DNA of 37,088 bases, from IMG/VR virus record IMGVR_UViG_3300021408_000092, positions 1 to 37,088 of that record; one strand, written 5' to 3'. The DNA comes from a virus (Duplodnaviria > Caudoviricetes). The number at the start of each line of letters is the position of its first letter. Positions within the stretch are counted from its first letter, which is position 1. A program made the position numbers and the translations under genes. Below are positions 9,581 through 17,883 of this stretch, one piece after another. Below the pieces are notes generated by a model. The model was not told the DNA's origin. It saw only the letters and a list, made by a program, of their open reading frames with translations, and searched no databases.

Positions 9581-10720
9581 ATGGCTATTGGATGCGCGGA
9601 AAACTATTCGGCCTTGATCGTCAGACAAGCCGGCGACGCCACAGGGCAAGGCGCAACTCCTGTGGCGGTAGGAGAAATATCGGAGATCACTAACCTTCAG
9701 TTCAACCGGACCTTGTCGGGAACTTCCAACGCACGGATCGTGTTCACTAAATGCCCCACCAACTGCGGGTTCATGTCGACCCCAGTGAAACCGTGGGCTT
9801 ATGAGCTGTGGATATACCGAGATAACCTTCTGGCATGGTGTGGTCCCATCGTGACCACCACCGAAAGCCGCATAGCGGAGACGTTCGAGATTACTGCTTG
9901 GGACATTACCGGTTGGACAACCCGGCGCCGCATCGACGAGTTTTACAGCATCACCAACAACCCGACCTCCATTGCCGTCAACATTTTGCAAACATTCTTC
10001 GACGGAAGTACTGGACGCCACGACCCCGGCTTTCTGCCGTACATACATTTTTTGGGATTCGCTGCTGCGACTATCAGCGTCGAGTACGACGAATACCAGT
10101 ATCAGGTGGGCCAAAAATGGGTCGATTTGGTGCGAGCAGGATTCAACTACACCACTGTGGGTAGGTATACCTTCGTCTGGGGAGAAACCGCACCAAATAT
10201 CGACCTCCCTTATGTCATCGATGCCACCAGCATTTTGGGGGAGATGGAACTCGTCCAGGACGGGACGGATTTCGCTACCCGTGTCGCTGGTATCGGGGAG
10301 GGCATCATTTCTTCTCAAGGCCCATTCGGCGCGGAAGCAGCATACTACGGTGACGTGGACTGGCCTACTGCGAAATATTCGGGCCTTGAAGATTTCAGCC
10401 AGCTGAACACTTTGGTGGTGAACCTATTCAACGAGAAACGGGACATGTCACCCACGTTGGTGATCCCGTCAGGTTCTAGCCTTGCAAGTAACACAGATAT
10501 TCAGCCCACCGGCTACAACATTACGTTCGCTACACCTGTTGCTCTTCCTGATCTTATTTGCGGTATGCGGTATGACGTGCAAGTTGCTGCCGAGCAGTTT
10601 TGTCAGCCCGGTAGATATCCGATGCGTCTCAACGAAGTGAAAGTCACCTGGACTCCTCGGGATCAAGAAAAAATTGCGGTAGGTTTCGACACCTTGGGTA
10701 TCCCAGCAGTGGAGGAATGA
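9581..10720 (+). CDS. Minor tail protein (tail-tip hub)
   Basis: FNRTLSGTS and PWAYELWIYRDNLLAWCGPI motifs; synteny. Confidence 0.75.
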   Translation: MAIGCAENYSALIVRQAGDATGQGATPVAVGEISEITNLQFNRTLSGTSNARIVFTKCPTNCGFMSTPVKPWAYELWIYRDNLLAWCGPIVTTTESRIAETFEITAWDITGWTTRRRIDEFYSITNNPTSIAVNILQTFFDGSTGRHDPGFLPYIHFLGFAAATISVEYDEYQYQVGQKWVDLVRAGFNYTTVGRYTFVWGETAPNIDLPYVIDATSILGEMELVQDGTDFATRVAGIGEGIISSQGPFGAEAAYYGDVDWPTAKYSGLEDFSQLNTLVVNLFNEKRDMSPTLVIPSGSSLASNTDIQPTGYNITFATPVALPDLICGMRYDVQVAAEQFCQPGRYPMRLNEVKVTWTPRDQEKIAVGFDTLGIPAVEE

Positions 10721-10721
10721 C

Positions 10722-10925
10722 ATGGCTATACCGGTAGACGGATTCGAGTCTTTGGTGCGCGAGGTTCGAAGTTTGCGCGCGGAAGTGGAAGCCCTACGAA
10801 ACCAGCAGGGCCGAAGTATGTCATTTGGCACCACATACCGTCTGCAAGTGGTAGGAACCGGGGCGGGAGCTGTACTCCAGGCGGTTCGGATAGCAGACAA
10901 CAACACTGTTCAGATAGCACCATAG
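10722..10925 (+). CDS. Small coiled-coil minor tail protein
   Basis: LVREVRSLRAEVEALR heptads; RBS GGAGG. Confidence 0.6.
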   Translation: MAIPVDGFESLVREVRSLRAEVEALRNQQGRSMSFGTTYRLQVVGTGAGAVLQAVRIADNNTVQIAP

Positions 10926-10933
10926 GGAGAGTC

Positions 10934-11488
10934 ATGGCTGTATGTGGATGTGGGGCTTCTCTTGCTGGTAGTCCCCCGATCGTCGATGGCGGTGTTGGTG
11001 ACGATCAAGGCATCATCGTTTCTGGAACGTTTGATAACACCATTATTACTGCTGTTGCCGCAACGGCATGGCGGCCGTTAAGCCCAGATGATTACACGCT
11101 GTTCAACTTTTCTCTCGGCAATGGGGAAGTGAACGCACGATATTTGTCCGACGGATACAACATCGACATCATCATGTCCTTCCAGTTCGGGTCCACGTCG
11201 TCTTTCTCCGCCTCCACATGGTCAGTGGATATCCCGTTCGTACCCCAGTCATACAGCAGCATCATCAACAACCACGGCATTTTGGGAGATTGGTCAGTTT
11301 TTGATGCTTCGGGTGGCTTGCCGTGGTATCAAGGCCGCGTTGTTCGTGCATCCTCCGGTGTTTTGCAGTTCCGGTACGGCGACGACGCCGGCGGGTCTAA
11401 CAGCCTGGTGCAAGATGGCACCCCGATCACGTTTGCTAACAACGACGAGTTTTCCTTCCAGGTACGTTTCGAAGCAGACAGCAACTAA
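10934..11488 (+). CDS. Tail fibre / receptor-binding-like protein A
   Basis: N-terminal CGCG; FSLGNG..NARY, FQFGSTSSF and PITFANND beta-sandwich head pattern; paralog of the next gene. Confidence 0.65.
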   Translation: MAVCGCGASLAGSPPIVDGGVGDDQGIIVSGTFDNTIITAVAATAWRPLSPDDYTLFNFSLGNGEVNARYLSDGYNIDIIMSFQFGSTSSFSASTWSVDIPFVPQSYSSIINNHGILGDWSVFDASGGLPWYQGRVVRASSGVLQFRYGDDAGGSNSLVQDGTPITFANNDEFSFQVRFEADSN

Positions 11489-11498
11489 GGAGCACATC

Positions 11499-12029
11499 AT
11501 GGCCGAACCGTGCCTATGCGGACAAGCTACAGCGGAACCGACATGCACCCTGGTTGCTGGTGCGGGCATCACTATCCAGGGCGGAGACACGATCCAGGCG
11601 CATTCGGCGCTGCCGTGGGTTTCTTTCTTGCCGACGACCGCAAACTTTACTTTGGGTAATGGCCTGAATGACTCGCGTTATCTTCTGGTCGGGAAAACGG
11701 TTGATGTGATCATCGCGCTCAGGTTTGGAACTACGTCAACGTTTTCGGCTACTCAATGGCGCATTGGGATGCCTGCTGGAACGGTGCCCTTTTTCGGGCC
11801 GGGAGCGATCGCGGTGAACCATGTTGCCGGGGCGGCGTCGATGCGTGACCAGTCAGCTGGGAGCCCGTGGTTTTCCGGGGAGACGATCCTCAACAACAAC
11901 GCCACCCCTATACAAGTCCGGTACGGCGACGACGCCGGCGGAACCAACAGCCTGGTGATGCAGGGTGTTCCTTTTACGTGGACCAACTTGGATGAGCTGG
12001 TCATTCGCTTCCGAACCGAGGTCGTGTAG
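11499..12029 (+). CDS. Tail fibre / receptor-binding-like protein B (176 aa)
   Basis: ATG 11499 after AAGGAG; FTLGNG..SRY, RFGTTSTF, RYGDDAGG and PFTWTNLD; paralog of 10934..11488. Confidence 0.65.
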   Translation: MAEPCLCGQATAEPTCTLVAGAGITIQGGDTIQAHSALPWVSFLPTTANFTLGNGLNDSRYLLVGKTVDVIIALRFGTTSTFSATQWRIGMPAGTVPFFGPGAIAVNHVAGAASMRDQSAGSPWFSGETILNNNATPIQVRYGDDAGGTNSLVMQGVPFTWTNLDELVIRFRTEVV

Positions 12030-12040
12030 ACACAGACAAA

Positions 12041-12085
12041 GGGCCTCTGACCTGCGAAAACATTCTGATTCGCACGTAGAGGCCC
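12041..12085. terminator. Hairpin between the convergent tail and recombination operons
   Basis: GGGCCTCT...AGAGGCCC outer stem with an inner TGCGAA/TTCGCA stem. Confidence 0.55.
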
Positions 12086-12100
12086 TAAGCTGTGTGTACC

Positions 12101-12508
12101 CTAGTGTGGGGTACCAATATTTTGTTTCTCGGAACCGAAAACCCAACCTTCATCCTGCTTCTTGGGTGTCGGCCCCGGCTTTTTACGCGGAGACACATAG
12201 CCGTCCCGTAACGACACCTGCTTCGGGCCTAGTACGGACACAATGTGGTCCATATCGCGCGGTCGCCAAATCGCTGCTTCAAGCCCCAGCCGTGTGAGTG
12301 CATCAATCCATATCTTCTGCGCCGGCCGGACACGACCAGTCTCTGTTTTCAGTTCCACGAAAATGATACGGTTCCGTTCCTCGTTGACAAACACTTCATC
12401 AGGCCAGCCAGGATCAGAAAACTTGGAGTTGTGTGTGTGGTAGTTCAACCGCCAGCCGTATAGGCGGGCGATCTGCCGAACCTGCTGCCTGAACGCTTCC
12501 TCCGTCAT
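12101..12508 (-). CDS. VRR-NUC domain nuclease (Holliday junction resolvase-like)
   Basis: MTEEAFRQQV, PGWPD, FVELKTETGRVRPAQKIW and IWRPRD motifs. Confidence 0.9.
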   Translation of the reverse strand: MTEEAFRQQVRQIARLYGWRLNYHTHNSKFSDPGWPDEVFVNEERNRIIFVELKTETGRVRPAQKIWIDALTRLGLEAAIWRPRDMDHIVSVLGPKQVSLRDGYVSPRKKPGPTPKKQDEGWVFGSEKQNIGTPH

Positions 12509-12774
12509 TGCTTATCCCCATAACTGCGATCTGACCACATGTCGTCTACCTGGATGTAGTGCTGTCCTCCAACATCATCAAAGTCCACATACTCGAATGT
12601 CGCAGTCGAGCCATCCAGGCGTCGTATCTTCCGCTTCATACCGACGAGAACGTTAGGTGACACCCCGACTGTTTTTCTGATTAGCTTCTGTAGGGCTTCC
12701 GATGAGATGAGGCAAACATCGTTCATGACATTATTCGGTATTCTTGTTGTTTTCTTCATGCTGTTCCTCCTCAT
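12505..12774 (-). CDS. Hypothetical protein
   Basis: ORF coupled by ATGA to VRR-NUC; start uncertain. Confidence 0.55.
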   Translation of the reverse strand: MRRNSMKKTTRIPNNVMNDVCLISSEALQKLIRKTVGVSPNVLVGMKRKIRRLDGSTATFEYVDFDDVGGQHYIQVDDMWSDRSYGDKQ

Positions 12775-12846
12775 CCCGACACTCGTGAGTTACATACTTT
12801 TCGCACACAGGACACGTCGATGTCCTCACGGAAGCCTCCTCTTTCA

Positions 12847-13044
12847 TCACTTCCCCCAAGAAACTTTAAGCATCGATCCGGTCTCTATTCCTTTTTCAAA
12901 GTTCCCCCTCAACTGGATGCGCATACTGAATGTCTTCCCTTCCTCGAGCAGAGAGAACCCGTAGATGTCGGCCTCTTTCCTGGTGAGGAAAACTTTAGAA
13001 GTTTCCTCGTGCGTAACAACGAACTCAAGTTCTGTAAATTTCAT
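12847..13044 (-). CDS. Hypothetical protein (MKFTELEF..., 65 aa)
   Basis: ATG 13044 after a GGGGAAG RBS; lies within the leftward operon. Confidence 0.55.
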   Translation of the reverse strand: MKFTELEFVVTHEETSKVFLTRKEADIYGFSLLEEGKTFSMRIQLRGNFEKGIETGSMLKVSWGK

Positions 13045-13052
13045 GGCTTCCC

Positions 13053-13265
13053 CTAGCCGACGATTTTCAGGTTGTAATGCCGGGCCGTGCACTCCCAAAA
13101 CATTTCCGGGATATCGGTGAGGTGATGCATACCCTCCGGCATCCACGAAGAGTTCAGCTCTTCCACTAGCTCCATGCGTTCCAGATGAAAATGTTCCCGG
13201 TCAATGGCCGGTAGGTCCCCGGTCCACAGGTCCTTCAACTCTTTTGTCGCGATCTTGGTAAACAT
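13053..13265 (-). CDS. Hypothetical protein
   Basis: Strong RBS GAGGAG; 70 aa. Confidence 0.6.
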   Translation of the reverse strand: MFTKIATKELKDLWTGDLPAIDREHFHLERMELVEELNSSWMPEGMHHLTDIPEMFWECTARHYNLKIVG

Positions 13266-13277
13266 GGTTGTTCTCCT

Positions 13278-13919
13278 CTATTGCATGCTGGTAACAGTTT
13301 TTTCTACGAGCATCTCCCAATGCGGAGGCATGTCTTCATACGACCAAAACATTTCGATTACCTCCAAAACGTTTTTGCATGTTTCCTGCCTGTATTCGAT
13401 GTCCCACGTTTTAACTGGTGCACCACCTATCCGGGCTGCCACATATGCTTCTTCCGTTTGCATGACGGCCATCTGTGTGTGCACTTGCGCTAGAACGTGC
13501 GCCGGCGGCCCGTATCGCCATAGATATCCATATCGGATGCCTACTGCCTTGGCCTCGATAAGAGCCGGAAGGGTACCCCAAACCTGGTCAGGTTGGCGAT
13601 CCGTCACGACCGCGTCAAGTGAAGCCATCAGCCCATCCATCGACCAGCAGTACCCATCTAGATGCGCAGGAGTCACATCCCCGTACAACTCGTGCATGGC
13701 GGCGGTGATAATCAACGGTTCCTCTTGGTGCCCCCACCAGATGGGTGTGTTAATCGATCCGTCGGGTTGTGGCCGGCCAGCTCCTCGCTTGGCCTCCCAC
13801 ACATCCGCTGGGGTGTCCCACGGGCTCACACCCAGCAGCGCACCCATATCGGATGCCCCTAGGCGCGTTTTGCGGAGCTGATGCCATTCGGGGCTGTACG
13901 TGCGAACTGGGGGCTCCAT
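13278..13919 (-). CDS. YqaJ/lambda-exonuclease family recombination exonuclease
   Basis: EWHQLRKTRLGASD, GVSPWDTP, WGHQEEP, ASLDA..LIEAK and QVHTQMAV motifs. Confidence 0.9.
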   Translation of the reverse strand: MEPPVRTYSPEWHQLRKTRLGASDMGALLGVSPWDTPADVWEAKRGAGRPQPDGSINTPIWWGHQEEPLIITAAMHELYGDVTPAHLDGYCWSMDGLMASLDAVVTDRQPDQVWGTLPALIEAKAVGIRYGYLWRYGPPAHVLAQVHTQMAVMQTEEAYVAARIGGAPVKTWDIEYRQETCKNVLEVIEMFWSYEDMPPHWEMLVEKTVTSMQ

Positions 13920-14023
13920 GGGTGATCCTGTATCTGTTGGTTGATGATGTGTTGCGGGTAGCCGAGTTGGGTGAGGTGTGATCGGAGTTCCTGAAGGTAA
14001 GCGAACCGTTTAGGTTTAGTCAT
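13859..14023 (-). CDS. Hypothetical protein (MTKPKRF..., 54 aa)
   Basis: RBS GGAG before ATG 14023; overlaps the exonuclease start by 61 bp, so uncertain. Confidence 0.4.
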   Translation of the reverse strand: MTKPKRFAYLQELRSHLTQLGYPQHIINQQIQDHPWSPQFARTAPNGISSAKRA

Positions 14024-14273
14024 TGTTGTCTCCAGCGAGTTCATCAACCCAAGCCAACGAAAAGTTAGGGCCACGAAGGTTGTCCTGTTCCTCGTAGGCG
14101 TAGTAGGCGCCTTGCATGGTGGGGCATGGCCATAGGACCGCGTATTGGTCGTCTCCGTCGTCACAGTTAGCGCATACATCAACCCACTCCTCACCGAGTC
14201 CGTCTTCGCTGAAGAACTGTGTTTCTACGGGGTAGTGGATTTCTTCGAGTTTGGTGAGGCGGTTGAGGTCCAT
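14016..14273 (-). CDS. Small Cys/His (zinc-binding-like) protein
   Basis: H.P...CANC...WPCPT pattern; RBS GGGAG; first gene after the 14303-14332 promoter. Confidence 0.65.
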   Translation of the reverse strand: MDLNRLTKLEEIHYPVETQFFSEDGLGEEWVDVCANCDDGDDQYAVLWPCPTMQGAYYAYEEQDNLRGPNFSLAWVDELAGDNND

Positions 14274-14302
14274 TTCGATGCTCCCTAAAACGTTGTGACA
14301 CC

Positions 14303-14332
14303 ACTGTAGCAACGTTGTGGCAATGGTGTCAA
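14303..14332 (-). promoter_or_regulatory. sigma70-type promoter TTGACA-18-TACAGT with operator motif in the spacer
   Basis: Minus strand reads TTGACA CCATTGCCACAACGTTGC TACAGT. Confidence 0.8.
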
Positions 14333-14381
14333 GGGTATAGAAAAAGCCGGCCCCCGATTTGAGGACCGGCCCAATCTGTGT

Positions 14382-14549
14382 TTACTTCTTACCTGGATTC
14401 TTCTCGTACCAATCACATTCATCGCAAGGATGACATTGGCAAGAATCAGGCTCGATCAATTCATGCTTCTCCCATTTGTAAGGATCAATCCACCCGGTTT
14501 TCTTAATCCAATCCATCTTCGCTTTAGTGCTTTCGCAGTATTCCTTCAT
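14382..14549 (-). CDS. Small Cys-rich protein (55 aa; not in the ORF track)
   Basis: Translated by hand as MKEYCESTKAK...SCQCHPCDECDWYEKNPGKK; ATGA-coupled to the upstream gene. Confidence 0.55.
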   Translation of the reverse strand: MKEYCESTKAKMDWIKKTGWIDPYKWEKHELIEPDSCQCHPCDECDWYEKNPGKK

Positions 14550-15139
14550 GACAAGGCTGCCTTACGTTCCTTCCACACCTCAGTCAAAACCTTCAACTCA
14601 GAGATGCTCGGCTTAGGATCCATCTGCGATATCTCCTCCGCCACCAGCTGCAAATCAGGAAGAGTCTCAGCAGCATCCATGCGAGTACACAGCGCGGACA
14701 CCGCATCAAGATTCTCTATCGACACCGGCTCCTTGGGCTTCACAGCAGGCTTAGCGGCAGGTTTACGTATAGGAGTCACCTTCTGCTCCTCCTTGCGGTT
14801 ACGGACCTCCTCAGCTGAAGCGATGCTCTTCTTCGTATCCCCCGCAAGAGCAGCAACAATCGCCCGGCCCCACGCAGAGGTTTCCGCGTTCTGAAGCTCT
14901 GACCCACGCGTGAAGTTTGTTTTACCCGGGAAGATTTCGTATGCCATACCAATACCGGGACGCACATCATCAGGTGTGCGATATGCGGCAGCGACAACAA
15001 CGATGTATGTCTGTCCCGCTATTTCCTGGATGGTGTAGGGCTTCTCTTTATCTGCTGGCTGAAGGGAACCTTCGGGATGCTTGGCCCGAAAGTCCGTGAT
15101 TCGTACTGCAACGTCAATGTAATCGTCGGCGTATGCCAT
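14546..15139 (-). CDS. Putative single-strand annealing recombinase (Rad52/Sak-like)
   Basis: YIDVAVRI..F...HPEG, YRTPDD and ELQNAETSAWGRA motifs; near the YqaJ exonuclease. Confidence 0.65.
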   Translation of the reverse strand: MAYADDYIDVAVRITDFRAKHPEGSLQPADKEKPYTIQEIAGQTYIVVVAAAYRTPDDVRPGIGMAYEIFPGKTNFTRGSELQNAETSAWGRAIVAALAGDTKKSIASAEEVRNRKEEQKVTPIRKPAAKPAVKPKEPVSIENLDAVSALCTRMDAAETLPDLQLVAEEISQMDPKPSISELKVLTEVWKERKAALS

Positions 15140-15152
15140 GAGTACGGTGCTC

Positions 15153-15311
15153 CTATTTTTTGGTGGCTCGGTCTTGGATTAGCATGCGGATCATCGCGGA
15201 TCGTGGCACGTGGGCTGCTTGTGCCCATTCGTCCAGCTTTTTTACGTCTGCGGGTCGTAGGGATACGGTGACTTGAAGAAAGCCCTTTGGTGGGTCCTGT
15301 TTGGGGTTCAT
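15153..15311 (-). CDS. Ribbon-helix-helix (CopG/Arc-like) DNA-binding protein (52 aa)
   Basis: QVTVSLRPADVKKLDEWAQAAHVPRSAMIRMLI; ATG 6 nt after a -10 box, so probably leaderless. Confidence 0.85.
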   Translation of the reverse strand: MNPKQDPPKGFLQVTVSLRPADVKKLDEWAQAAHVPRSAMIRMLIQDRATKK

Positions 15312-15317
15312 GCCATC

Positions 15318-15410
15318 ACCATACCATCGCCGCAATGGTGTGGCAACGTTGGGAGTGTGTGGGCGTTCCCGCACTGCAACGTTGCGGGAACGGCGTGGCG
15401 GTGCTACCGT
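15318..15410. promoter_or_regulatory. Divergent promoters with GCAACGTTG operator boxes
   Basis: Minus: TTGCCA-17-TATGGT (15346 to 15318). Plus: TTGCGG-17-TACCGT (15382-15410). Confidence 0.7.
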
Positions 15411-15436
15411 AGCGTTACCACACCACAAGGAGCATC

Positions 15437-15757
15437 ATGCGATACACAGACTGGTACCAAGCAACCGGCTACCGCAACATCACCGAATACATCCAACACA
15501 AACTCGGAGCATTCACCCCCCAATACAACCTACGAAACATCGAAGAACAACTCACCCAAGAAATCCAAGACCGCCTCCCCGACGGCTACAGCTTCCACGG
15601 CCTCGTCATATTCAAAGACAACAACGCCCCCCACCCACTCTGCTACCTCAACAACGAAGGCGACCTATCCCTCCACCAACTCATCGAAGACATCGACTTC
15701 TGGCACATCGCCGACACCAACGAAAAACGACACGGATGCCAAAATGCATCCACCTAA
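15437..15757 (+). CDS. Hypothetical early protein
   Basis: RBS AAGGAG; 106 aa; consistent C/A-ending codons. Confidence 0.75.
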   Translation: MRYTDWYQATGYRNITEYIQHKLGAFTPQYNLRNIEEQLTQEIQDRLPDGYSFHGLVIFKDNNAPHPLCYLNNEGDLSLHQLIEDIDFWHIADTNEKRHGCQNAST

Positions 15758-15944
15758 ATACCAGCCAGAAAACTGGGCCCGATGGTCACCACACTCCGTG
15801 CTCATACCAAACCCGTTTCCCACCTGGGCCATACTCCTGCACGGCATCCTCACCGCAGCAACCTGCTTCCTATGGCTACCAATATGGGGACTCCACTACG
15901 CGCTACACAAACCAGTCAAACGTATCTATAAGGAATGGGAATAA
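15744..15944 (+). CDS. Small membrane protein (66 aa)
   Basis: HGILTAATCFLWLPIW hydrophobic hairpin; TAATG-coupled to the next gene. Confidence 0.6.
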   Translation: MHPPKYQPENWARWSPHSVLIPNPFPTWAILLHGILTAATCFLWLPIWGLHYALHKPVKRIYKEWE

Positions 15945-16441
15945 TGAACGATTACGAAGAATACGTAAACATGTCTATAGCCGGAGAGATGCGCTACTTC
16001 CAAGCAAAACTAGACAACCTAGGCAATAGACCAAAACGCCACATCCCAGGATGGGCAGTATCCCAACCAGTATGGGAATTCAAACAGGAAATATTGCAAG
16101 ATGTCCTGAACAGGCTTGAGGACCTACGCGACGCTATAAACGAACAAGAATGGGAAGGCCTGAGCGAAGAAACACTCACGGAACTAGCTGCCATGCCAGA
16201 ACCAGAAGGAATCCCAACCGTCGAAGAAATCGCTAAACGCAACCGAAGTCGCTGGCTAGCCAGCGACAAACCGCTCAGAGAAGACGAACTAGAAAGAGCC
16301 ACACTAGACAGAGCCACACTCGTTCAGGAAACCAAACTTTTCAGCCTCCCAATAACCGCCCCCCGTGGCGGTATCGGCTACAGAAACGGCCCCGACTTCT
16401 CAACCCTATACAACCAAGAAGAAGACGAACACAACTCGTGA
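15944..16441 (+). CDS. Hypothetical acidic protein
   Basis: 165-aa ORF followed by a strong hairpin. Confidence 0.7.
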   Translation: MNDYEEYVNMSIAGEMRYFQAKLDNLGNRPKRHIPGWAVSQPVWEFKQEILQDVLNRLEDLRDAINEQEWEGLSEETLTELAAMPEPEGIPTVEEIAKRNRSRWLASDKPLREDELERATLDRATLVQETKLFSLPITAPRGGIGYRNGPDFSTLYNQEEDEHNS

Positions 16442-16460
16442 GACAAACGAACAGAAAACA

Positions 16461-16499
16461 GCGGTGGCCCTCCCCACGGAAATCGGGGAGGGCCACCGC
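16461..16499. terminator. Hairpin between convergent genes
   Basis: GCGGTGGCCCTCCCC-loop-GGGGAGGGCCACCGC, 15-bp perfect stem. Confidence 0.8.
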
Positions 16500-16508
16500 C
16501 TTCTGGCA

Positions 16509-17276
16509 CTAACCCCCTAGAGCATCCAACTCACCCCTAGAAGACGCCTGCAACAACGCCAACAACTCCTCACGCACCACCTGACGCAACACCTCAGGAT
16601 CAGTACCACCCACACCAATCTGCTCCAAAATCTGACCCGCCTTCACATTCGCCGCATCAGCAGAATGCGCAGCAGCAGCCCAACGATTCTGATTCGACTG
16701 AGTATTCACACCATCATCAGGCTCAACACTCACACCCCAAGCAAAATCGGCATAAGCCAACTTCTGCACAACAGCATTCGCGATCTCATCAGCAGTAGCC
16801 ATATCCTCAACCCCTCCAAACTCCTGCCCAGCATCAAGCCAAGCCCTAAAACGCTCCACCAAATCACCATCCACACCGCCATTCTCAAACGACAAATGCA
16901 CATGATGATCACCAGAATACGTAGACTTCAACGTCCCAGCCCTAGCCTTCTCAAAAGAAGCCCAAGACTGAACATTCCAATGACGATTCAACACATTGAT
17001 GTACTTCAACCCACCAAGCTCACCCCGCCGCCACGAACGCCGCACAAACGTCTCCAACAAATCCAAGTAATACTCAGACCCACCAATATCCTGCGCATGC
17101 ACCTCACCCTGCGTCGGATACCCAAACTTCCCCACATGCGAAGACCACGGCGTATGATCACCCGCACCCTGCTGATGAGACGTATCACCAATCGTCCCCA
17201 AATCCGTCAAAAACGACGTACCACGCACATCGCGGTTAACCTGCGCCACATTCGGCGCCAAAACCCAACTAGCCAC
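16509..17276 (-). CDS. Endolysin, zinc D,D-peptidase-like (LAS/M15 type), 255 aa
   Basis: GTIGDTSH...GDHTP...VHAQDI...KYI...HHVHLSF motifs; GTG start at 17276 after GGGGGGTG. Confidence 0.75.
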   Translation of the reverse strand: MASWVLAPNVAQVNRDVRGTSFLTDLGTIGDTSHQQGAGDHTPWSSHVGKFGYPTQGEVHAQDIGGSEYYLDLLETFVRRSWRRGELGGLKYINVLNRHWNVQSWASFEKARAGTLKSTYSGDHHVHLSFENGGVDGDLVERFRAWLDAGQEFGGVEDMATADEIANAVVQKLAYADFAWGVSVEPDDGVNTQSNQNRWAAAAHSADAANVKAGQILEQIGVGGTDPEVLRQVVREELLALLQASSRGELDALGG

Positions 17277-17349
17277 AAAACACCCCCCAATGTAGTAACA
17301 GCACCACCACACCACCGTAACACCCCTACAAACCCCTACACTAATAACC

Positions 17350-17883
17350 ATGGCAGCGAACGATGCACTAAGACAGCTGAAAGAAAAACTCGTCAAAGAG
17401 GCCGATCAGCGGTACGAAGAGCGGCAAATCACCAAGCGCATGGAAGACATTTTGCGTTTCCGAAGGATGAAATGGTCGTATCGGAAGATCGCTGATGTTC
17501 TGGGTATACATTTCACGACTGTCCGCGAATCGCATCAGAGAGCACTGGACATTCTTGGTGACAAACGTGTCCCTAAAGAGCTGTCACACCTGACACCTAA
17601 TGAGCTCGCTCGCCTGGAAGAACTCGACTATATCGAGGGCGTCCTAGAGCAGTATATGAAGATCGCCGACGACACTGAGCAGTCCAAGCCCAGAACGGCT
17701 ATTGAGGCGCTTAACGGGGCTCACAGGTACCTTCAATCACTAATTGAGATGAAGGCGATAAATCCACCTAAGGAAGTTCATCATCGGATCACGATCGAGG
17801 ACTTGAAGCAGGAGCTTTTGAAGATCGAATCTGAGATAGGTGAAGGCGCATTAGACGAGGTGATAGGGGAGATAGATGGATAA
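17350..17883 (+). CDS. terS: Terminase small subunit (HTH)
   Basis: WSYRKIADVLGIHFTTV helix-turn-helix; overlaps the TerL start. Confidence 0.7.
   Translation: MAANDALRQLKEKLVKEADQRYEERQITKRMEDILRFRRMKWSYRKIADVLGIHFTTVRESHQRALDILGDKRVPKELSHLTPNELARLEELDYIEGVLEQYMKIADDTEQSKPRTAIEALNGAHRYLQSLIEMKAINPPKEVHHRITIEDLKQELLKIESEIGEGALDEVIGEIDG

Noticed and set aside
11370-11960. Diversity-generating retroelement TR/VR pair
   Set aside because: No reverse transcriptase in the genome, both copies are in coding paralogs, and differences are not adenine-specific.
16288-16320. 15-bp tandem repeat (LERAT/LDRAT)
   Set aside because: Two imperfect in-frame copies; looks like an ordinary local duplication.
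16665-17495. Long alternative-frame ORFs (also 15273..15944 upstream part, 15301..16029, 22917..23786, 32106..32987 upstream part)
   Set aside because: His/Pro/Thr/Arg-rich shadows caused by A+C skew that removes stop codons; they overlap better-supported genes.
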